The notes beneath the pieces are model-generated. The model worked only from the letters and a program-made list of their open reading frames with translations, had not been told where the DNA came from and did not search any database. The position numbers and the translations under genes are program-made. Shown here piece after piece: positions 16,152 through 23,661 of a stretch of 55,872 nt of DNA. Origin of the DNA: Candidatus Woesebacteria bacterium RIFCSPHIGHO2_01_FULL_39_32 (GTDB lineage: Bacteria > Patescibacteriota > Microgenomatia > UBA8517). The stretch lies in contig MGGJ01000001.1 in NCBI GenBank assembly GCA_001792345.1, forward strand, positions 358,688 through 414,559, read 5' to 3'. Positions within the stretch are counted from its first letter, which is position 1, and each line of letters begins with the position of its first letter.

Positions 16152-16251
16152 AATACTAGGCACTAGCTATTAGGCACTAGGCATTAGATTCTTTTTCTCT
16201 ATAATAACTTAAGCTTTCTTTCTACTAGCGCCTATTGCCTAGTCCCTATTC

Positions 16252-17031
16252 ATGTTTGATTCTCATTGTCATCTTAATTTTCAAGTATTTGACGATATAT
16301 ACAATCAAGTTATTGCCACAGCTAAAGAATCGGGTGTAACTCACTTGATGATCCCGGGAACCGACATTAGTACATCAGAAAAAGCTATAGAAATTACCAA
16401 GGATTATATAAACGTCCATGCAGCAGTCGGAGTTCATCCAACAAAAGATTTAGAAAATTTGGATATTAAAAAAACTCTTTTTCGCCTTGAAGAACTGGCG
16501 AGCGAAGAAAAGGTAAAAGCAATTGGAGAAATTGGACTTGATTATTACCACTTTAAGGCTCCAGCATCTTTACAAAAAAGATTTTTCTTGGAACAAATAA
16601 AACTTGCGGTTAAGTTAGATAAACCCATAATCATTCACAATCGCCATGCAGGAGTCGACGTTAGCGATTTAATTTCGACCAATTGGCAGCCAAGTTTTGA
16701 AAAAAGAATAGTTTTTCATTGCTGCGAACCAATCATGGCTATGCTTAGACTTGCAATTAAAAAACAGATATTCATCGGAGTCGATGGAGACGTGACATAC
16801 GACAAAGAAAAACTTGACTTTATTCAAAAGGTCCCGATAGATCTTCTTGTAATCGAAACTGACGCTCCTTATATTATTCCTGAACCAAAAAGAACCCAAA
16901 AAGTTTTTCCTAATCAACCGAAGTATTTATACTTGATCGCTCAAAAAGTTGCTGAGATTAAGAAAGTAAATTTGGAAACTCTGGTTAGAGAGACAACAAA
17001 AAATGCTCAGGAATTATTTCAATTGACATAG
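16252..17031 (+). CDS. tatD: TatD family metal-dependent DNase/hydrolase
   Basis: MFDSHCHLNF, GEIGLDYY, IIHNRHA and ETDAPY motifs. Confidence 0.9.
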   Translation: MFDSHCHLNFQVFDDIYNQVIATAKESGVTHLMIPGTDISTSEKAIEITKDYINVHAAVGVHPTKDLENLDIKKTLFRLEELASEEKVKAIGEIGLDYYHFKAPASLQKRFFLEQIKLAVKLDKPIIIHNRHAGVDVSDLISTNWQPSFEKRIVFHCCEPIMAMLRLAIKKQIFIGVDGDVTYDKEKLDFIQKVPIDLLVIETDAPYIIPEPKRTQKVFPNQPKYLYLIAQKVAEIKKVNLETLVRETTKNAQELFQLT

Positions 17032-17058
17032 ATTCGAAATATGATTAAATTATAAAGT

Positions 17059-17325
17059 ATGTTTTACAAAAATATGTTTGTAGGTGATCCTAGGTATGGT
17101 GGTTTTCCTACAATTTTATTTTTATTAGTTATCGCATGGTCAATGGTTTGGAAAGGACTGGCGCTTTGGAGGGCCGCAAGAAATAACCAAAGATATTGGT
17201 TTATTGCTATGTTAGTAGTTAGCTCTGTTGGAATTCTTGAAATTATTTATATTAAATTTTTTCAAAAGAAAATTCCTCTAGTTACTACTACTTCCAAAAC
17301 TACTTCAAAAAGAAAAAGTAAATAA
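17059..17325 (+). CDS. DUF5652-like small membrane protein
   Basis: The motif WKGLALWRAARNNQRYWFIAMLVVSSVGILEIIY fits a 2-TM family common in CPR genomes. Confidence 0.5.
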   Translation: MFYKNMFVGDPRYGGFPTILFLLVIAWSMVWKGLALWRAARNNQRYWFIAMLVVSSVGILEIIYIKFFQKKIPLVTTTSKTTSKRKSK

Positions 17326-17371
17326 TCAGTTTCTTTTGCATTAAGCTATCTTGCGTATATAATTGAATGTA

Positions 17372-17869
17372 ATGCTTATCTTAGGAATTGACCCCGGCAC
17401 TGCTACAACAGGATATGGATTAGTTGAATCAGACGGCAACGGAACTACTAAAGTAATCACTTGGGGACTAATTGAAACCGATAAAAATGGGTTTAAAGAA
17501 AAGCGCCTGGAAGTTATTTATAAGGAAATTTTGGCATTGATAAAAACCCACTCACCCGATCTTTTTGTTATGGAAAAAGTGTTTTTTGCTACAAATGCAA
17601 AAACAGCCATAGCAGTAGGACAAGCTCAGGGGGTTCTCTTGCTGGCTGCCTCAAAATCCAGAGTGCAAGTAGTTGAGTATGCTCCCGGAACAATCAAAAA
17701 AGTAATTGCAGGAGACGGCAGGGCGAAGAAAAAGGATATGCAAAAAGCAGTAAGAAAAATATTGGGCAGTCATGTTAAAAGTAAAGCGCATAAAAAGACT
17801 CATTTCGATAACGCCGCCGATGCTCTGGCAGTAGCCCTAACACATGCATTTAGTGTAAATAAATTCTAA
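17372..17869 (+). CDS. ruvC: Crossover junction endodeoxyribonuclease RuvC
   Basis: Starts MLILGIDPGTATTGYGLVE, with FVMEKVFF in the acidic catalytic set. The tracked TTG is at 17363; ATG at 17372 gives the canonical N-terminus. Confidence 0.9.
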   Translation: MLILGIDPGTATTGYGLVESDGNGTTKVITWGLIETDKNGFKEKRLEVIYKEILALIKTHSPDLFVMEKVFFATNAKTAIAVGQAQGVLLLAASKSRVQVVEYAPGTIKKVIAGDGRAKKKDMQKAVRKILGSHVKSKAHKKTHFDNAADALAVALTHAFSVNKF

Positions 17870-17913
17870 GTATTTTTTCTTTGCCTAACTTTCTTTTTGA
17901 AAAAGAAAGTTAG
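17870..17913. repeat. Intergenic palindromic element, copy 1 (GTATTTTTTCTTTGC + CTAACTTTCTTTTT/AAAAAGAAAGTTAG)
   Basis: A 14-bp-arm palindrome placed directly after the ruvC stop. It shares its prefix and palindrome core with the copy at 38918-38957. Confidence 0.6.
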
Positions 17914-17934
17914 AGACAAAGGAGGTGATAATAA

Positions 17935-18192
17935 ATGGCAGATTTTAAAGTCGGAAAAGTTACTCACTACTATGACAAAATAGGCGTGGCAATAGTAGAA
18001 TTAGACGCCGAACTTGGAGTTGGAGACAAGATTAAATTCGTCAGAGGCGGAGAAGAACTTTTCGAACAGGATGTTTCCTCTATCCAAGTAGAACATCAAA
18101 AAATAGATAAAGCTTCAAAAGGAGATGTAGTAGGTTTGAAGACGGAAAATGAAGTAAAGGAAGGAGCGGAAGTTTACAAACTTGTTGCTTAA
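17935..18192 (+). CDS. Small EF-Tu domain-2-like (translation elongation factor-like) beta-barrel protein
   Basis: The sequence VGKVTHYYDKIGVAIVELDAELGVGDKIKF..GDVVGLK is typical of an 85-aa family. AGGAGGTGA SD lies upstream. Confidence 0.5.
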   Translation: MADFKVGKVTHYYDKIGVAIVELDAELGVGDKIKFVRGGEELFEQDVSSIQVEHQKIDKASKGDVVGLKTENEVKEGAEVYKLVA

Positions 18193-18240
18193 TAAGTGTT
18201 GTTTGAGGTAAGACTATGAATATTCTGCCGATTTATTCTG

Positions 18241-18648
18241 ATGAGAAGAAAAAAATGGATTCACGTAGACTGGAAGCAAGCTTCTGATATCGAAAAGAGA
18301 GTTCTTCATTTAATAAAATCACTTGAGATGACTTGGATTGATATTCCAGCGATCTACTGTTTTCGCTCTAATAATTCAACATCCCGTGCCTATGCGCGAA
18401 TTTGGGGCTTAAGCAAAATTTGGCAACTTGCACTTAAGCATAAACCAGGATATGTAATTGAGGTTCTGGCTCAACGTTTTGATAAATTATCTGAAAGAGA
18501 ACAAGATAGAGTACTTCTACATGAACTTGCTCATATTCCTAAAAACTTTTCAGGGAGTTTACTACCTCACACGAAAAGTCGCGGTAAAAGAAATTTCCAT
18601 GACAGGGTTGACGAACTTTTTGCACAGTATTTACGATCAAAAGTATGA
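18241..18648 (+). CDS. Predicted small Zn-metallopeptidase (HExxH; COG4900-like)
   Basis: Has an HELAH motif within VLLHELAHIPKNFSG, at about 135 aa. The architecture is known mainly from archaea. Confidence 0.5.
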   Translation: MRRKKWIHVDWKQASDIEKRVLHLIKSLEMTWIDIPAIYCFRSNNSTSRAYARIWGLSKIWQLALKHKPGYVIEVLAQRFDKLSEREQDRVLLHELAHIPKNFSGSLLPHTKSRGKRNFHDRVDELFAQYLRSKV

Positions 18649-19316
18649 AAATAATTGTCCTTCACGGAGATAATGTGCTTGTTAGTTACAACAGATTACA
18701 AAAATTTATCGACGTTGCACAATCTCGTGGGTGGAAAGTACAAAGAGCAGATGTTTCGCAAAATTTAGGAGAAGTAATAGTCTCAGATACACTTTTTCAG
18801 GAAAAAAGACTAGTTATTGTGGAAGATTGCCGCTTAATAGTAAAAAGCGTTCTAAAATTGCTTAAATCGAAAAAGGAAGAGCTTGATATCACTTTAATTA
18901 TCTACCACCAAGGAACACTTACAAAAAATTTCTTAAAATCCCTTCCACAAATAGATAAAGTTGAAGAATTTAAACTTCCAAAGCTCATATGGAGTTTTCT
19001 AGAATCTTTTTATCCGGGAAATTCTAGAACTATTATTCAGGTTTTACACAAAATTATTGAAAAAGATCCAGTCGAATTCGTGTTCAGTTTGTTGTCTAAA
19101 CAACTAAGAGACCTTTACTGGATTAAGGTAGAACCAAGGAGCTTATATTATCCATCATGGAGAATCGGAAAGCTTAAAAGGCAAGCTTCAAAATATTCGG
19201 AAAACCAATTAGCTAATCTAATATCCGAATTCGCTGAGATAGACATAAAATCCAAAACCTCCCAGGGTCAATTAATTGATCTTCTTGATTTTATCATCGC
19301 CACCAAATTAGAATAG
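18645..19316 (+). CDS. Possible DNA polymerase III delta subunit (HolA-like, short)
   Basis: The N-terminus MKIIVLHGDN..L plus a helical C-terminus resembles short HolA proteins. This is only weak motif-level support. Confidence 0.35.
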   Translation: MKIIVLHGDNVLVSYNRLQKFIDVAQSRGWKVQRADVSQNLGEVIVSDTLFQEKRLVIVEDCRLIVKSVLKLLKSKKEELDITLIIYHQGTLTKNFLKSLPQIDKVEEFKLPKLIWSFLESFYPGNSRTIIQVLHKIIEKDPVEFVFSLLSKQLRDLYWIKVEPRSLYYPSWRIGKLKRQASKYSENQLANLISEFAEIDIKSKTSQGQLIDLLDFIIATKLE

Positions 19317-19323
19317 TCTTTGT

Positions 19324-20808
19324 ATGCAAGTAAATCCTTCAATTTTCAGAGAATATGATATAAGAGGAATTGCGGGAGAAGAATTTTCTGATAAAGCACT
19401 TCAAGAATATGAGAAATGGTATGGTAAATTTCCAGGAATAACAATAACTCCTGATGTTGCCATTGTTCTGGGTAAAGCATATGGGACCCAAATTAGGAAA
19501 AGGGGAGGTAAAAATATTATTATTGGGCATGAAGAAAGACAATATGGAGATGAACTTAAAAGATTATTTATTGACGGAATGCGGTCAACTGGCTGTGACA
19601 TTACGGACGCTGGAGTTTCTCTAACCCCAATTATTTACTTCTCTACCGCTTTTTATAAATTCGACGGTGGGGTAAATGTAACAGGCAGTCATAATATCTA
19701 CTTCTTTAACGGTTTCAAAATGATGGCAAAGGATGTTTATCCAGTTTATGGTGAAGAAATTCAGGAAATGAAAAATATTATAGAAAAAGATGATTATCAT
19801 CTAGATATCCAAGGAAATCTTACACAAAAAAACGTTTTTGATGACTACAAAAAATATCTCTTAGATCACAACAAGCTTAATAAAAAAATGAAAATTGTTC
19901 TAGATTGTGGAAACGGCTCTGCTGGACTTTTTGCTCCCAACTTATTACGAGAACTCGGTTGTGAAGTAATCGAGATGTATTCCGAAGTGGATGCTACATT
20001 TCCAAACCACGTTCCTGATCCAGAAGACAAATTTGTAATGCAGGAACTCGCGGGTAGGGTAGTTCAAGTAAAAGCAGACCTAGGGATAGGACTTGATGCA
20101 GACGGAGATAGATTCGGTTGCGTTGACGAAAAAGGGGAATTTATTTACGCAGACAGAATGATGCTGATTTTAGCAAAAGACATATTATCTAGAAATCCCG
20201 GCAAGAAAATATTATATGACGTCAAATGTACAAAATTAATGGAGGAACTTGTACCAAAATACGGAGGGGTACCATATATGCATGTAACCGGCCATGCTCC
20301 GATTAAAGCTACGCTAAGAAATGACCTAGAAGTAATTTTTGCTGGGGAAATTTCAGGGCATTTTTACTGGGTAGAAGATTATTTCAAAATAGATGACGGT
20401 GTTTATTCAGCCGCAAAAATACTTTCATTCATTTCTGGCCAGGATAAAAAACTATCTGAAATAATGAGTGAAGTTCCTGTCACTTCTATGACACCGGAGA
20501 TTAAACTTCCCTGCGCTGATGAAGTGAAAGTAAAAGTTGCCAATGACATTAAAGAAAAATTTGAAAAAACCTACAAAGTAATTACAATCGACGGAGCTCG
20601 AGTAGTTTTTTCGGACACGAGCTGGGCTTTAGTACGCCCTTCAAATACCAGTCCGTACCTGACTATAAGAGTTGAAGCCGATACAGACGAAGAAGTAATA
20701 AAAATAAAAAACATAATGCAAGACGAATTTGACAAATATCCAGAAATCGGCGACAAACTCGACCGCGGAAATGTAACCTCCCATACAGGAAAGCTAGGTT
20801 GGGTATGA
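19324..20808 (+). CDS. Phosphomannomutase/phosphoglucomutase family enzyme
   Basis: Has a VTGSHN..FNGFK phosphoserine loop, a GLDADGDRFG metal loop and GEISGH. Confidence 0.85.
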   Translation: MQVNPSIFREYDIRGIAGEEFSDKALQEYEKWYGKFPGITITPDVAIVLGKAYGTQIRKRGGKNIIIGHEERQYGDELKRLFIDGMRSTGCDITDAGVSLTPIIYFSTAFYKFDGGVNVTGSHNIYFFNGFKMMAKDVYPVYGEEIQEMKNIIEKDDYHLDIQGNLTQKNVFDDYKKYLLDHNKLNKKMKIVLDCGNGSAGLFAPNLLRELGCEVIEMYSEVDATFPNHVPDPEDKFVMQELAGRVVQVKADLGIGLDADGDRFGCVDEKGEFIYADRMMLILAKDILSRNPGKKILYDVKCTKLMEELVPKYGGVPYMHVTGHAPIKATLRNDLEVIFAGEISGHFYWVEDYFKIDDGVYSAAKILSFISGQDKKLSEIMSEVPVTSMTPEIKLPCADEVKVKVANDIKEKFEKTYKVITIDGARVVFSDTSWALVRPSNTSPYLTIRVEADTDEEVIKIKNIMQDEFDKYPEIGDKLDRGNVTSHTGKLGWV

Positions 20809-20887
20809 ACTTTCTTCATATTTAAATTCTGCAATTTGCCGGTAAAGATCTAGTGCTATTTTAACAATGAGATTATAATCAAGAGTA

Positions 20888-21694
20888 ATGAAGATTTTCA
20901 GAGAAGTTGGTAAAGACGCCGTTCTAAAAGCAGGAAAGCACTTGCTTGAGAAAAAAGATAAAGTCCAAAAAATTAAAGATAAATTTGACGGAGCGGATAT
21001 ATTAACAACTGCGGACAAAGAGTCGGAAGAAATTATTACAGAAATTATTCATAAAAACTTCCCAAACCATGCAATATTTTCAGAAGAATCAGGAGACATT
21101 TATGGAGGTAATGAATTCCAGTGGGTTATGGATCCTCTAGACGGTACAAAACATTATATAAAAGGATTGCCGTTTTTTGCAGTCAGTTTGGTTTTAAGAA
21201 ATCATGAAGAACCTTTAATTGCCTTCACATACATACCTATAACGAATGAGCTTTTTATTGCAGAAAAGGAGAAAGGTACAACTTATAACGAAAAGGTTTG
21301 TCGAGTATCTGATGAGAATAATCTGGCAAACGCAATTATCTATGTCGAGTTTCCTTCTACAAAATTTAAAGTTGAATGGAAAAGGCAAGATTACGATAAT
21401 GCTTGGAGAATGTATGAGAATTTAACACGGACCTGCTTTAGAACAAGAGCATATGGATCCGGTCCAATAGGAATGGCTTATACCGCAATGGGGGGATTTG
21501 ATGCATATGTCCGTTTTCAACCACTAAGCTACGAGGATGTTTTAGCTGGGTCTCTAATGATCAAAGAGGCTGGTGGAGTAATTACCGACCAAAATAATAA
21601 CCTTATTAAAATGAAAGGTAATGAATTAAATACAAGAGTTGTCGCTTCAAATGGCAAAATCCACGATCAAATACTTAACATTTTGAAGAAATAG
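20888..21694 (+). CDS. Inositol monophosphatase/fructose-1,6-bisphosphatase (IMPase) family protein
   Basis: FSEESG and WVMDPLDGTKHY motifs. Confidence 0.85.
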   Translation: MKIFREVGKDAVLKAGKHLLEKKDKVQKIKDKFDGADILTTADKESEEIITEIIHKNFPNHAIFSEESGDIYGGNEFQWVMDPLDGTKHYIKGLPFFAVSLVLRNHEEPLIAFTYIPITNELFIAEKEKGTTYNEKVCRVSDENNLANAIIYVEFPSTKFKVEWKRQDYDNAWRMYENLTRTCFRTRAYGSGPIGMAYTAMGGFDAYVRFQPLSYEDVLAGSLMIKEAGGVITDQNNNLIKMKGNELNTRVVASNGKIHDQILNILKK

Positions 21695-21710
21695 AGTTAT
21701 ATTAAACAAC

Positions 21711-21740
21711 CTCGGAGATTGATTAGCTTGCAATATCGGG
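21711..21740 (+). repeat. RAYT-associated hairpin motif, copy 1a (CTCGGAGATTGATTAGCTTGCAATATCGGG)
   Basis: Lies 24 nt upstream of RAYT copy 1. Matches 22481-22510 at 25 of 30 positions. The core TTGATTAGCTT[GC]CAA[TC]ATCGGG is shared with 48593-48615. Confidence 0.6.
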
Positions 21741-21764
21741 ATATAAAAATAATAATGATAAGTA

Positions 21765-22436
21765 ATGCCGAGGAGAAAAACTCCAATTGTTACAGGTCAG
21801 GTTTATCACATATTCAACCGTGGAGTTAATAAGCAACCAATCTTCTTTGCACCAAAAAATTACCAAAGGGCCACAGATACAATCCGCTACTATTTGATTC
21901 ACAAACCACCTTTAGCTTATTCAAAATTTATTAAACTTCCAGAGAATATTAAAAACGAAGTTATACTTAACTTGAGTAAAATGGAAAAGGGCGTAGAAAT
22001 AATTTCTTATGTATTAATGCCTAATCATTACCATCTTTTACTTAGACAACTAATCGATGGAGCAGCAATGGTATTCGTAAGGAATTTTCAAATAAGTATT
22101 ACCAAATACGTTAATAAAAGATTTGATCGTACGGGCCCTTTACTTCAAGGTCAATTTAAATCTGTTTTGATAGAAGATGACGAGCAGCTATTACATGTTA
22201 ATAGATATATTCATCTTAACCCTCATACTTCTTTTATCGTCAAGGATCTTGATGAATTAAGAAGTTATATGTGGTCATCGCTTCCCGAATATCTTGGATT
22301 AATAAAAGAAGGTTTTTGTTCAAATAAGTTAATTCTTTCCCATTTCCAAAATATAACCAAATATTGGGATTTTGTTTCAAACCAGGCTGATTATCAAAGG
22401 GAACTAGACAGAATAAAACATTTAGTCCTGGAATAG
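21765..22436 (+). CDS. RAYT / IS200-like Y1 (HUH) transposase family protein, copy 1
   Basis: YHIFNRGVNKQPIF, the HUH motif MPNHYHLLL and the Tyr motif NRYIHLNP. It is flanked by direct copies of a roughly 30-nt hairpin motif. Confidence 0.8.
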   Translation: MPRRKTPIVTGQVYHIFNRGVNKQPIFFAPKNYQRATDTIRYYLIHKPPLAYSKFIKLPENIKNEVILNLSKMEKGVEIISYVLMPNHYHLLLRQLIDGAAMVFVRNFQISITKYVNKRFDRTGPLLQGQFKSVLIEDDEQLLHVNRYIHLNPHTSFIVKDLDELRSYMWSSLPEYLGLIKEGFCSNKLILSHFQNITKYWDFVSNQADYQRELDRIKHLVLE

Positions 22437-22480
22437 ATAATTCGCCTAACGTTTGCTCCCGATGTTCCATCGTAATCAAT

Positions 22481-22509
22481 CTCGGAGAATGAATAGCTTG
22501 CATCATCGG
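22481..22509 (+). repeat. RAYT-associated hairpin motif, copy 1b (CTCGGAGAATGAATAGCTTGCATCATCGG)
   Basis: Direct repeat of copy 1a, located 45 nt downstream of the RAYT copy 1 stop. Confidence 0.55.
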
Positions 22510-22548
22510 TAATTTGATATGTTCAAATTTAATGTTTAAGATGTATTT

Positions 22549-23628
22549 ATGCCAATACTAAATAAATCCTCTGAAGAACTTTCCCTTGAAGAAAAATATA
22601 AACTTGTTGCTGCTACCATTCGGGCTTATCCGCTTCAGTTAAAACAGGCTTGGGAAGAGATAGATACTTTATACATACCTGACGCTTATAAAAACGTTGA
22701 TAATGTGGTTGTCAGCGGAATGGGAGGATCAGCTCTTGGAGCTAGAATTATAGATTCCTATATCGTAGATAAAATAAGACTTCCGATTGAGATTTACACG
22801 GAATATCATCTACCGAACTATGTAAGTAATAATACCTTAGTTATTTCTTACTCCTATTCTGGAAATACTGAAGAAACCATAAACGCAACGTTTGAAGCAA
22901 TAAAGCGAAAGGCTAAAGTATTTTGTATAACGACAGGAGGTAAACTGGCCGAACTCTCCCAAAAAGAAAAAATACCTGCATATGTATTTAACCCAATAAA
23001 TAATCCCTCAAAAGAACCACGAATGTCTTTAGGCTATTCAATCGGATCTTATTTCTCCTTATTTCATAAATTAGGTTTTATATCAATTGATAGAGAGACG
23101 ATTGACGAAGCTATTAATTCGATGTACGAATTTCTCACCGAGTTTACTGAAAATATAGAAAATGATAAAAATTTACCATATAAATACGCAACTTTGTTCA
23201 AAAACTATATTCCAGTTATAATTGCTTCGGAACATTTATACGGAATAGCCCACGCTATTAAAAATCAAATTAATGAAAACGCAAAAACTTTTGCTGTATT
23301 ATTTGATATTCCCGAGCTAAATCATCATTTATTAGAAGGTTTAAAAAACCCCATCAAAATTAAAAAGGATCTAAAATTCTTGTTTTTTAACTCCAATTTT
23401 TACTCGGAAAAAATACAAAAAAGATACAGGATTACATCCGAAGTTGTTCAAAAAAATGGCTATGATTATTTAATTTATAACCCTCGTTCGGAAACCAAAC
23501 TAAAACAGTTATTCGAAGTTTTTATACTAGGATCATTCGTTTCATATTATTTGGCTAAATTTTATAATGAAGACCCCCTGAAAATACCCTGGGTCGACTT
23601 TTTCAAAGACAAGCTTGCCAAAAAATAA
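22549..23628 (+). CDS. Bifunctional phosphoglucose/phosphomannose isomerase (SIS domain, archaeal-type PGI/PMI)
   Basis: VVVSGMGGSALGARI and YSYSGNTEET SIS motifs, at about 359 aa. Confidence 0.75.
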   Translation: MPILNKSSEELSLEEKYKLVAATIRAYPLQLKQAWEEIDTLYIPDAYKNVDNVVVSGMGGSALGARIIDSYIVDKIRLPIEIYTEYHLPNYVSNNTLVISYSYSGNTEETINATFEAIKRKAKVFCITTGGKLAELSQKEKIPAYVFNPINNPSKEPRMSLGYSIGSYFSLFHKLGFISIDRETIDEAINSMYEFLTEFTENIENDKNLPYKYATLFKNYIPVIIASEHLYGIAHAIKNQINENAKTFAVLFDIPELNHHLLEGLKNPIKIKKDLKFLFFNSNFYSEKIQKRYRITSEVVQKNGYDYLIYNPRSETKLKQLFEVFILGSFVSYYLAKFYNEDPLKIPWVDFFKDKLAKK

Positions 23629-23661
23629 ATTCTTCTGTAAAGTTATATAGTAATCTAAATT

